This document shows, piece by piece, positions 9,703 to 18,308 of a stretch of 39,975 nt of DNA. This DNA comes from Ferroacidibacillus organovorans (lineage in GTDB: Bacteria; Bacillota; Bacilli; Alicyclobacillales; SLC66). A program made the translations under genes and the position numbers. The notes beneath the pieces were generated by a model that saw only the letters and a list, made by a program, of their open reading frames with translations, made no database searches and had not been told where the DNA came from. The stretch lies in assembly GCF_001642725.1 (NCBI RefSeq), contig NZ_LSUQ01000006.1, forward strand, positions 62,001-101,975, in the 5' to 3' direction. How positions within the stretch are numbered: the stretch's first letter is position 1; each line of letters begins with the position of its first letter.

Positions 9703-10284
9703 ATGGTAAAGAGATATCGCAGTTATTTTATCGTCGCACTCATTCTCTTTTTGATCGGCGCCTGGCTCGGAGGCGCGCAGGCGTCGTCGCTCTCAGCGGT
9801 GCTGACGCCTATGATGCACGGACTCAAGCAAGAGGCAGTGACACTGAAACACGAGAGTGTGCTCGCCACAGCGCTTGCGCTCTTTTATAACAATCTAAGA
9901 GTAAGCTTGATCATGATGGCAGGTGGGTTAGTCCTCGGAATCCTTCCCTTTTTGGTGGTCATCGCAAACGGAGCGCTCGTCGGCTATGTCCTGGCGACGC
10001 TCACGGCAAAGATTCATATCAGCCTATGGCTGGCGATTCTCACTGGGATACTGCCGCACGGGATCTTCGAGATCCCGGCCTATCTTCTGGCGAGCGCGTA
10101 TGGTATGCGCATCGGTGCAACGGAGTTTCGCGCGATTGCGCGCGCGGGTAAGCCGGGGATGTGGGCGTATTTGCGGAAGGATTTGTGGACGATCGTGCTC
10201 ATCGTTGCCGTACTGCTTTTGGTCGCGGCGTTTATCGAGTCAAGCATTACGCCCATTCTTTTGCGACTGGCGATTGGCGGTTAG
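9703..10284 (+). CDS. Stage II sporulation protein M-family membrane protein
   Basis: FYNN, NG..VG, ILPHGIFEIPAY, AAFIESSITP motifs. Confidence 0.85.
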   Translation: MVKRYRSYFIVALILFLIGAWLGGAQASSLSAVLTPMMHGLKQEAVTLKHESVLATALALFYNNLRVSLIMMAGGLVLGILPFLVVIANGALVGYVLATLTAKIHISLWLAILTGILPHGIFEIPAYLLASAYGMRIGATEFRAIARAGKPGMWAYLRKDLWTIVLIVAVLLLVAAFIESSITPILLRLAIGG

Positions 10285-10295
10285 CGTTCACTGCT

Positions 10296-10559
10296 TCAGA
10301 TCAAACTCTCGATCTCATCGGCGGGAAACTGGAGAAATTTCGTTTCTTCACGCTCTTTAAAGGAAACCGTATAAAAGGATTCGGCGCGTGCGAGCAGTTG
10401 CAGCTCAGTGGTAGAAAAATCGCGCTGCAAGCGGTTTGCGACTTCGCGTTTTGCGGTGCTCACCGTTTCGTCTGTAGGACTCAGCAGTGTGGCATACTGG
10501 AGTTGAGCCCACGAGAGGATGAAAAGTTGTGCGTCCATGGATAAAGTAGTTTCGTTCAT
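10296..10559 (-). CDS. Small hypothetical protein (~87 aa)
   Basis: Fills the gap between spoIIM-like gene and rocF; AAAGGG SD before ATG 10559; ordinary protein composition. Confidence 0.7.
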   Translation of the reverse strand: MNETTLSMDAQLFILSWAQLQYATLLSPTDETVSTAKREVANRLQRDFSTTELQLLARAESFYTVSFKEREETKFLQFPADEIESLI

Positions 10560-10639
10560 AGAGAGACGTCCCTTTCTGGCGGAAATGCCCACTTGCTTGA
10601 TTTCCTATGGTACCATAAGTTTGAGGAGCGTTGAAACGA

Positions 10640-11551
10640 ATGATAAAAAATCGAAAATCCTTACGTGTGATCGGTGTTCCGTCTGACTTGGGTCAGGGGC
10701 GGCGCGGGGTCGATATGGGTCCGAGCGCGATACGCTATGCAGGATTGTCTGAGAAGCTCGAAGCGCTCGGCTATGACGTCAAAGATCTCGGCAACCTTTC
10801 AGTGGCCCAACCGGAGTCGCGGGTGCAAGGGGATGTGAAGCTGAAATATCTCACCCAAGTGCACGCGATTTGCGATGAATTGCGCGGCATGGTGGCGCAG
10901 GTTATGGCGGATAACGCGTTTCCTATCGTGCTCGGCGGCGATCACAGTCTCGCCATCGGCAGTGTGGCGGGGGCGGCCGAAGCGCTTGGCGGCGAGATGG
11001 GTTGCATCTGGTTTGACGCACATGGTGATATGAACACGGATGAGACGACGCCGAGCGGAAACATCCACGGCATGCCGCTCGCCGCGTCACTCGGTTACGG
11101 ACATGATGATCTGACGCGAATTGGATCGCTTTTTCCCAAACTCAAACCGGAGCGTGTGGTGCTTGTCGGCGCGCGTTCGATTGACCCGCTTGAACGCGAA
11201 TTGATCGCTAAAAGTGGGATGCACGTCTTTACAATGGCGGACGTGGATGAGCTAGGCATGAGTACAGTGATGAGGCGCGCAATCGAGATTGCTTCAAGCG
11301 GAACGAGTGGTGTGCATCTGAGTGTGGATCTCGATGCGCTCGACCCGATGTACGCGCCGGGTGTAGGAACGCCTGTTCACGGTGGATTTACGTATCGCGA
11401 GGGGCATCTCGCCATGGAATTGCTCGCGTCTGCCGGGTGTGTCACGTCTGTCGATGTGGTGGAGGTAAACCCAATTCTTGATTCGGAGAATCGAACGGGC
11501 AAAATGGCCGTTGAGCTTCTTTCTTCTTTGCTTGGACTTACGGTCATTTGA
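10640..11551 (+). CDS. rocF: Arginase
   Basis: GQGRRGVDMGP, LGGDHS, WFDAHGD, SGNIHGMP, DLDALDP, VVEVNP; ATG 10640 fits SD GAGGAG better than TTG 10631. Confidence 0.96.
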   Translation: MIKNRKSLRVIGVPSDLGQGRRGVDMGPSAIRYAGLSEKLEALGYDVKDLGNLSVAQPESRVQGDVKLKYLTQVHAICDELRGMVAQVMADNAFPIVLGGDHSLAIGSVAGAAEALGGEMGCIWFDAHGDMNTDETTPSGNIHGMPLAASLGYGHDDLTRIGSLFPKLKPERVVLVGARSIDPLERELIAKSGMHVFTMADVDELGMSTVMRRAIEIASSGTSGVHLSVDLDALDPMYAPGVGTPVHGGFTYREGHLAMELLASAGCVTSVDVVEVNPILDSENRTGKMAVELLSSLLGLTVI

Positions 11552-11572
11552 CGCGATAGAGAAAGAAAGACG

Positions 11573-11603
11573 AAGGGCTGAGCCGCGTCGCTTAGCCTTT
11601 TTT
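11573..11603 (+). terminator. Intrinsic terminator after rocF
   Basis: AAGGGCTGAGC / GCTTAGCCTTT stem plus T-tract. Confidence 0.75.
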
Positions 11604-11625
11604 ATGGTGCTGGAGGGTGAGACGT

Positions 11626-12717
11626 TTGGAGATGGATCAGACATTCGCGCAACTCGAACGGCGTGCCGATGTTGCGTGGATTGATGTACGTTCGGAGGGA
11701 GAGTATGCTGAATCGCACGTTCCTGGCGCCGTATCGGTTCCGCTGTTTGACAATGAGGAACGCGCGGAGATAGGGACACTGTATAAACAGGTTGGGCCTG
11801 AGAGAGCGCGCGAGCGTGGACTTGAGATCGCATCGCGAAAACTGCCGAATCTGGTGCGCGCGATTCGAGAGCGGGCGGGTGACCGGATCCCTGTAATTTA
11901 CTGTTGGCGCGGAGGGATGCGCAGTCAGTCGGTGACGACCGTTTTAGGTCTGATGGGCATACCTGCCGTGCGGCTCGCTGGTGGGTATCGCGCGTATCGT
12001 GTTCATATCACGGAATGGCTTGCCAGCATGCGCGCGGACAAGCTGCCCCCGCTTCTTGTGATCCACGGCATGACGGGGGTCGGCAAAAGTATGCTCTTGC
12101 AGTTGCTCAAAGAGCGCGGGGAACCAGTTCTCGACTTAGAGGGATTTGCGGGGCATCGCGGTTCAGTATTCGGCGGGATTGGCCTTAAACCGGCGAATCA
12201 ACGGGAGTTTGACGGACGTCTGTACGATGCTTTGCAGCGACAGCAAAATGCGCCGTATTTGATTATCGAAGCGGAGAGCAAGCGTATCGGGCACGTGAAT
12301 ATGCCTGATTTTCTCTACGAGGCAAAACTTCGCGGACACAATCTCCTTCTTTTTGCCTCGCTAAAGACGCGGGTGGTGAGAACGCTTTTGCAGTACCGAC
12401 TCGATGATGAACAGGCGTTTGTGAGCGCGGTCGGGCATGCGCTTGCGCGAATTGAGCGACGCTTTTCGCCGGCATTTCGCACGTTTGTGAGCGAAGCGTT
12501 TTTAGCGCGTGACTGGCACAGCTTGATTGCAGCACTTCTCACCGACTATTATGATCCGCGCTATGAACACGCAATGAAATCGTATACGCATCCATTTTAT
12601 GAGGTAGATGGTGAGGATCTTGAAAAGGCGGCAGATGAGGTTGTGGCGCGCGCCTATTCAGCGTTTGCTGTGACGGATTCCGGTCAGCGTGAATGGATTG
12701 GTGGGAGAACAAATTAA
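11626..12717 (+). CDS. mnmH: tRNA 2-selenouridine(34) synthase (SelU/YbbB)
   Basis: Rhodanese domain IDVRS..EY...YCWRGGMRS...GGYRAYR plus P-loop GMTGVGKS, DLEG.AGHRGS.FG, EAESKRIG, YYDPRY. Confidence 0.94.
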   Translation: MEMDQTFAQLERRADVAWIDVRSEGEYAESHVPGAVSVPLFDNEERAEIGTLYKQVGPERARERGLEIASRKLPNLVRAIRERAGDRIPVIYCWRGGMRSQSVTTVLGLMGIPAVRLAGGYRAYRVHITEWLASMRADKLPPLLVIHGMTGVGKSMLLQLLKERGEPVLDLEGFAGHRGSVFGGIGLKPANQREFDGRLYDALQRQQNAPYLIIEAESKRIGHVNMPDFLYEAKLRGHNLLLFASLKTRVVRTLLQYRLDDEQAFVSAVGHALARIERRFSPAFRTFVSEAFLARDWHSLIAALLTDYYDPRYEHAMKSYTHPFYEVDGEDLEKAADEVVARAYSAFAVTDSGQREWIGGRTN

Positions 12718-12734
12718 CCACCGGGTGATGCGCG

Positions 12735-13484
12735 ATGATCTATGTGGCATTGGGGGACTCCATCACGCATGGCTATGATTCCAGCAAGCCAGCACACCGC
12801 TACGTTGATCAATTGACCGAGAAGTTAAACCAGATGAATGTGACTCACACGTACGTGAATGCTAAACCGGGGTATACTGCGCCGCAGTTGCTTGCAAGTA
12901 TGGAAAAGATTCCTCCGTGCATTCTGGCAGAGTCGACGCTTACGACGGTGATGATCGGGGGCAATGATCTTTTGCGTGTCCTCCCGTGGTACTTGAATGA
13001 CCCTGAGGAGGGACGCCGTCGATTGGAGACGACGGTCATTCCCGTTGTGCGCGAGATTCTCGAAAAGGCGAAACCGAGCTCGCATACGATCTTGCTTCTG
13101 TGCACGATCTATAACCCATTTCCAAACAGCGATCTCGCTGCGCGCGGGGTTGGCGATTATAATGACATGCTCGCGCGTCTCGCCTCAGAGTGCTCATGTG
13201 AACTCGTGCGGATTGATGATTCTTATCAGGGGCGAGAGTCGGAGCTTGTAAATGGATATCGGAGAGGAGCACTCGAAGATTATCGCTTGATCAAGAACCC
13301 GATTCATCCAAATGACCGCGGGCATGCGCGCATCGCGGAGGCCATCTTTCACGTATATAAGAAGAGGGCCCGCGAGATGCTTGTGGCGATGAAGAAAAAG
13401 ACGGGTGATCCAGTGCTTGACGCGCAAAGGAGAAGGCGGTCGCGCAGGAGCGGCGGCGGGGTGCGGGTGAATCGAAAGCGCTAA
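12735..13484 (+). CDS. SGNH/GDSL hydrolase
   Basis: YVALGDSIT, GGNDL, IYNPFP, IHPNDRGH blocks. Confidence 0.92.
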   Translation: MIYVALGDSITHGYDSSKPAHRYVDQLTEKLNQMNVTHTYVNAKPGYTAPQLLASMEKIPPCILAESTLTTVMIGGNDLLRVLPWYLNDPEEGRRRLETTVIPVVREILEKAKPSSHTILLLCTIYNPFPNSDLAARGVGDYNDMLARLASECSCELVRIDDSYQGRESELVNGYRRGALEDYRLIKNPIHPNDRGHARIAEAIFHVYKKRAREMLVAMKKKTGDPVLDAQRRRRSRRSGGGVRVNRKR

Positions 13485-13585
13485 ACATCTCAGCACATTC
13501 TTAGAAATCCGTGCGGCACTGGCACCGTTTGCGATGTATAATAGAGTAGAATGTTTTGATTACCAAAGATTGATGGGGGTCGCGG

Positions 13586-14158
13586 ATGGACCACGTCGCG
13601 CAGGGTGTGCTTGAAGAAGCGCAAATGGGAGATGTCGCGGCGTTTGAGAAGATTGTCAACGCCTACGAAAATCGTTTGTTCACGATGGCCTTTCGAATGC
13701 TTGGAAATCGCACAGAAGCGGAGGACGCGGTGCAAGAAACGTTTTTGCGCGTCTACACGAACCTGCCGCGCTATAACGAGACGTATCAATTCTCGACGTG
13801 GATTTACCGCATAGCGACAAATGTTTGCATTGACGGATTGCGTAAACGTCGCCCACACCAATCGCTTGATGTTGACGATGGCGAAGAAGGAAACAGAGAT
13901 GGGTATGAGCGTCTCGCGAGTGATGAACAAGATCCACTCGATTTCGTCGTTCAGACTGAGCGCTGCGCTGATGTTCAGCGCGCGCTGAACGATCTCCCGG
14001 TTACCTATCGAACGGTGCTCATTTTAAAATACATTCAGGAATTATCTCTTCAGGAGATTAGTGATATTTTGCACGTTCCTGTCACGACGGTGAAGACGAG
14101 AATTCACCGCGGCCGAGAGGCCATGAAAGAACGATTTGTGGATGTGCCTGTATCGTGA
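13586..14158 (+). CDS. sigW: ECF RNA polymerase sigma factor, SigW-like
   Basis: AEDAVQETFLRVY, FSTWIYRIATNVCID, TVKTRIHRGRE; directly upstream of anti-sigma and cdaA as in Bacillus. Confidence 0.85.
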   Translation: MDHVAQGVLEEAQMGDVAAFEKIVNAYENRLFTMAFRMLGNRTEAEDAVQETFLRVYTNLPRYNETYQFSTWIYRIATNVCIDGLRKRRPHQSLDVDDGEEGNRDGYERLASDEQDPLDFVVQTERCADVQRALNDLPVTYRTVLILKYIQELSLQEISDILHVPVTTVKTRIHRGREAMKERFVDVPVS

Positions 14159-14172
14159 AAGAGGGGATCCTT

Positions 14173-14442
14173 GTGACGTGTGAGGAAGCAAAGCAAACGC
14201 TGCATTTTCACCTGGATGGCGACGACCACCACCCTCATGTAAAACTCGCGCATCACCATCGAGTGACGTGCGCGCACTGTGAAGCGCATCTTGATCAATT
14301 GAAGGAAGTCGAGCGAGAACTGCGGAGCATGGTGCAACTTTCGGCCCCGTGTTCGCTTCATGAGCGCATCATGAAGCGTGTGCAGTCGACGCCTCAGAAA
14401 CGCCCTCTCTATGGTTCGGTAGATCGTGGAAAGCTGATGTGA
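14173..14442 (+). CDS. Short zinc-binding (zf-HC2/ZAS) anti-sigma factor with no TM segment
   Basis: CEE...HxxxCxxC (HRVTCAHC); GTG 14173 after SD GAGGGG; occupies the rsiW position. Confidence 0.82.
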   Translation: MTCEEAKQTLHFHLDGDDHHPHVKLAHHHRVTCAHCEAHLDQLKEVERELRSMVQLSAPCSLHERIMKRVQSTPQKRPLYGSVDRGKLM

Positions 14443-14446
14443 GCGC

Positions 14447-15268
14447 ATGCCCTCTCTGCTGATTCTTTTAAATAAGTACATTTTTGATGTTCTGGATATC
14501 GCGATCGTATCGTACGTGTTCTATCGTGTGATTCTCTTGATACGCGGCACGCGCGCGGTACAACTGCTCAAAGGTTTGATCGTGCTGTTTGTGGCGCTCG
14601 GCCTGAGTCGCGTGTTTCATCTGCAAGCGCTAAACTGGCTCCTGACGCAAACCCTCACGGTGGGACTCTTTGCGATCCCTGTCGTGTTTCAGCCTGAACT
14701 GAGGCGTGGACTCGAACAGTTGGGGCGGGCAAGCCTATTCCAGTTGCGCTTGAATTGGCAAGGGACAGGCGATACGACGCATGTCGTACAGGAACTGGTC
14801 GCGGCGACAAAGGTTTTTTCCAAGAATCGAATTGGCGCGCTGCTCGTTCTTGAGCGGGACACAGGGCTGAATGAGTATGTTCAAACCGGGATTGCGATTC
14901 AGGGCCTGCTCAGTGCTGAACTCTTGATCAACACCTTTATTCCGAATACACCCCTTCACGATGGCGCGGCGATCTTGCGCGGCGAGCGGGTTCTTGCCGC
15001 GAGTTGTTTCTTACCGCTTAGCGACAGTGACGCGATTTTGAAGGAGCTTGGCACGCGCCACCGCGCAGGGATCGGTGTAACAGAACAATCGGATGCTGTT
15101 GCGATTATTGTTTCGGAGGAAACGGGCCAAATCTCAATCTCTGAGGGTGGCATTTTAAGACGGGGATTGGATGAGCGCGAATTGACGGAGCGACTCAATG
15201 AGGTTTACGGAACGATGCGCAATCAACGGCCTTTCCGACTCTTTGCTCGAAAAGGTGAACGCGCATGA
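14447..15268 (+). CDS. cdaA: Diadenylate cyclase CdaA
   Basis: Three N-terminal TMs, FQPELRR, PLHDGA, GTRHRAG, VSEETG. Confidence 0.97.
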   Translation: MPSLLILLNKYIFDVLDIAIVSYVFYRVILLIRGTRAVQLLKGLIVLFVALGLSRVFHLQALNWLLTQTLTVGLFAIPVVFQPELRRGLEQLGRASLFQLRLNWQGTGDTTHVVQELVAATKVFSKNRIGALLVLERDTGLNEYVQTGIAIQGLLSAELLINTFIPNTPLHDGAAILRGERVLAASCFLPLSDSDAILKELGTRHRAGIGVTEQSDAVAIIVSEETGQISISEGGILRRGLDERELTERLNEVYGTMRNQRPFRLFARKGERA

Positions 15269-16488
15269 AAAAGGCCAGCGATTTTTTGCAGAGCAATCTC
15301 ACAGCACGACTCGTGAGCGTTCTTTTGGCGGTGATGCTCTGGTATGTGGTGCAGTCTTCTTCGACGCAGTCGATCTCACCTGCCGCACTCACGACGACGA
15401 CGGCCGTTCTACACGGCATTCCGATTCACGCCCGCATCAGCCCTGACATGGCGGTGCTCGGTCAGAATCCTGTCAAGACGGATGTATCCGTCTCCGGTGG
15501 CCTTTTGAGCGTCGCTTCCGTACAGGTTGCGTACGGGAACTTACAAGCGGTAGTCAATGCGCGGGGACTGAAGCCAGGCGTTCATGAACTGCCTGTCACG
15601 ATGATCAATCTGCCAACACACGCGACCACGTACACCCCCCAAGTGAAGCATGTCACACTCGATCTGCGGCCTGTGATTGATCACGCGTTGAAACCGACGT
15701 TACGCTTTCAAGGGGCTGTGAGCGCCGGCGCTCAATTGGCGCACGTCAACATTGGGATCTCGCACGTCGTCGTGCGCGGGCCTGATGTGGATGTTCACCG
15801 CGTTCGCGCGGTCGTGGGGACGATTTCTGTCGTGAATCGCGGTTCAACGTTTGCGGCGCGCGTCACGTGGGTGCCCGTGGATCAAAACGGTGCGGTGGTG
15901 GGCGGTGTGCAGTGCTCGCCGAGTACATCGATGGTAACCGTGCCTTTTCGCCAGACGTCTGTCACTGTGCCACTCGTCGCGAGCACATTTGGCATTCCTG
16001 CGTTTCCTTATTATGTGGCATCTGTGCAAGTGCTGCCGCACACGATCCAGGTGACAGGCGCCTCCGCGGCGCTTGTGAATCTTCCTCCGATTGCGCTCTC
16101 TCCGATGAACGTGGCTGGTCTGCAACAGACGTCGACCATTACGAAGACGATTCCTATTCCGGTGGCGGGCGCTCATTTGTCGAGTGTGACTGCGACGGTG
16201 ACGGTGACGGTCGTCCCAGGTGTGCGAACGGTGGTGCAGCATGTTCCGATCGTCATCCGGGGCGCGACGTCGCATGTGCGCTATCGTCTTTCAACGAGTA
16301 CGGTTGATGTCGCGTTGTTTGGGCCGCAATCCCCAGCGCTCACAGCGCAGGATCTTGAGGCGTCGGTGCAAGTGCAGGGACTGGCGGCAGGGCAATCGAC
16401 ACGTGAAACGGTGACAGTGAGTGTCCCCGCACCTTGGGTGATCCAGTCGGTGACGCACAGCGTCGTTCATGTAAGCGCATTGCCATAG
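15265..16488 (+). CDS. cdaR: CdaR/YbbR-like regulator of CdaA
   Basis: SVLLAVMLWYVV TM followed by beta-rich repeat-like domains; lies between cdaA and glmM. Confidence 0.8.
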   Translation: MKKASDFLQSNLTARLVSVLLAVMLWYVVQSSSTQSISPAALTTTTAVLHGIPIHARISPDMAVLGQNPVKTDVSVSGGLLSVASVQVAYGNLQAVVNARGLKPGVHELPVTMINLPTHATTYTPQVKHVTLDLRPVIDHALKPTLRFQGAVSAGAQLAHVNIGISHVVVRGPDVDVHRVRAVVGTISVVNRGSTFAARVTWVPVDQNGAVVGGVQCSPSTSMVTVPFRQTSVTVPLVASTFGIPAFPYYVASVQVLPHTIQVTGASAALVNLPPIALSPMNVAGLQQTSTITKTIPIPVAGAHLSSVTATVTVTVVPGVRTVVQHVPIVIRGATSHVRYRLSTSTVDVALFGPQSPALTAQDLEASVQVQGLAAGQSTRETVTVSVPAPWVIQSVTHSVVHVSALP

Positions 16489-16605
16489 CGTCTGTGTTCG
16501 CCCAAATCCTACCATTTCCCTTGCACGGCTTGAAAGACGGTGGAGGGTGTGGGAGAATGAGCTAAATAAACGAGGATTTACGTGAATGAGGGGTCATGGA
16601 AGAGC

Positions 16606-17952
16606 GTGAGTCGACTTTTTGGCACAGATGGGGTACGTGGCATTGCGAATGTTGGGCTGACACCGGAACTCGCATTCTCTCTAGGAGTTGCGGCAGCGAG
16701 TGTTTTAAAACTGCAGTGTACAGGGCGACCGAGCATGCTTGTCGGGAAAGACACGAGAATCTCGGGAGACATGCTAGAGTTTGCGCTGATCGCGGGCATC
16801 ACGTCGGCGGGTGTTGATGCTGTGCGCTTGGGAATTTTGCCTACGCCAGGTGTCGCCTATCTGACGAGGCATTCAGAGGCGTGCGCGGGTGTGATGATCT
16901 CAGCGTCACACAATCCGTTTGAGGACAACGGGATTAAATTTTTCGGTGCGGACGGGTTTAAACTTCTCGACGCACAAGAAGACGAGATTGAACGTAGGAT
17001 GGAGCGCACAGAAGCGGCAGACCGTCCGCAGCGTGAGCAGATTGGGCGTGTGTATGATCGACACGATGAAGTTGTGCGCTATCGGGACTTTCTTTCGTCG
17101 ACGCTTAAGGCGGATTTGACAGGGTTACACGTGGTGGTGGATGCGGCAAACGGCGCGGCATATGAACTCGCAAAGGCGCTCTTTGCGGAGCGCGGAGCGC
17201 GTGTGACGCTGTTGTCGGTTGAACCGAACGGGATTAACATCAATGTGGGATGTGGCTCGACGCACCCTGAGACACTGGCGCAAACGGTGAAGGATCTGAA
17301 AGCGGACGTGGGTTTGGCGTTTGACGGTGACGCAGATCGTTTGATCGCGGTAGATGCGAGCGGTGAGATCGTGGATGGGGATCGCATCATGCTGATTTGT
17401 GCGCATCACATGAAAAAGCACGGTCGCCTCCACGATGACACACTCGTGACGACGGTGATGAGCAACGTTGGGTTTGTGCGCGCGGCGCAGGAATTGGGAA
17501 TTCGGCTTGTGCGAACGGCTGTGGGCGATCGCTATGTGATGGAGGCGATGCGCGAAGGACACTTTTCGCTCGGCGGTGAGCAGTCGGGTCATCTGATTTT
17601 CCTCGATCTAACGACGACTGGAGACGGTATGCTCTCGGCGCTGCAACTGCTTGATGTGATGGCGCAGGAGAAAAAACCGCTTCATGAATTGGCGGCGATT
17701 ATGAAATCTTATCCGCAGGTGCTCGTCAACGTACGCGTAAAGGATAAGACGGCGTGGAGGACGAACGGCTCGATTCTTCAAATCATTCGTGAGATTGAGG
17801 ATGAAATCGGCGAGAATGGCCGCTTGCTTGTTCGCGAGTCAGGCACGGAGTCGCTTGTTCGCGTGATGGCAGAGGGACCGCAGGAGTCGCTTGTGCGCGC
17901 ACAGGTGGAACGCATCGTCGATGTGATTCGACGGGAGCTTGAGACAGCGTAA
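16606..17952 (+). CDS. glmM: Phosphoglucosamine mutase
   Basis: LFGTDGVRG, ISASHNP, FDGDADR, GGEQSGH, RESGTE. Confidence 0.98.
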   Translation: MSRLFGTDGVRGIANVGLTPELAFSLGVAAASVLKLQCTGRPSMLVGKDTRISGDMLEFALIAGITSAGVDAVRLGILPTPGVAYLTRHSEACAGVMISASHNPFEDNGIKFFGADGFKLLDAQEDEIERRMERTEAADRPQREQIGRVYDRHDEVVRYRDFLSSTLKADLTGLHVVVDAANGAAYELAKALFAERGARVTLLSVEPNGININVGCGSTHPETLAQTVKDLKADVGLAFDGDADRLIAVDASGEIVDGDRIMLICAHHMKKHGRLHDDTLVTTVMSNVGFVRAAQELGIRLVRTAVGDRYVMEAMREGHFSLGGEQSGHLIFLDLTTTGDGMLSALQLLDVMAQEKKPLHELAAIMKSYPQVLVNVRVKDKTAWRTNGSILQIIREIEDEIGENGRLLVRESGTESLVRVMAEGPQESLVRAQVERIVDVIRRELETA

Positions 17953-18048
17953 GACGTGGTGACTCTGCCTCGTTTTACGCGTCCATCCGCATGGTAAAGG
18001 GGGAATGCGCTTAGAAGAGGATCACACGCACAAAAAGCAGTTGTCGTA

Positions 18049-18195
18049 AGCGCCAGGACTGGACGGGACGAGATGTGCGCTCCAGTTGACGCGGTGGAGG
18101 TTGGCGAAGGACTCGGCGGGTGCCTCCCGGTGTAGATTCACACCGCGAAGATCAATGGGAAAATGGCAAGGTGACTTGCCGGACAGGACTTGATC
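18049..18195 (+). ncRNA. glmS ribozyme (GlcN6P-activated self-cleaving riboswitch) with variant core
   Basis: Cleavage site A18049/G18050 in AGCGCCAGGACT; P1 ACTGGA/TCCAGT; P2 GGAGG/CCTCC; TCGGCGGGTG; P3 CGGTGT/ACACCG; P4 GATCAA/TTGATC with GGCAAG-GTGA-CTTGCC GNRA hairpin; in the glmS leader. Confidence 0.95.
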
Positions 18196-18308
18196 AGAAT
18201 CAGAAGCGCTTGATGCGCTTCTCGCGCGAACGGAATAAAAGAGGGTGACGGAACCCTTGTTTGTCATTTCCAAAAACGCGCTTGAGCCGCGTGGGGAGGT
18301 TTCTTTCA

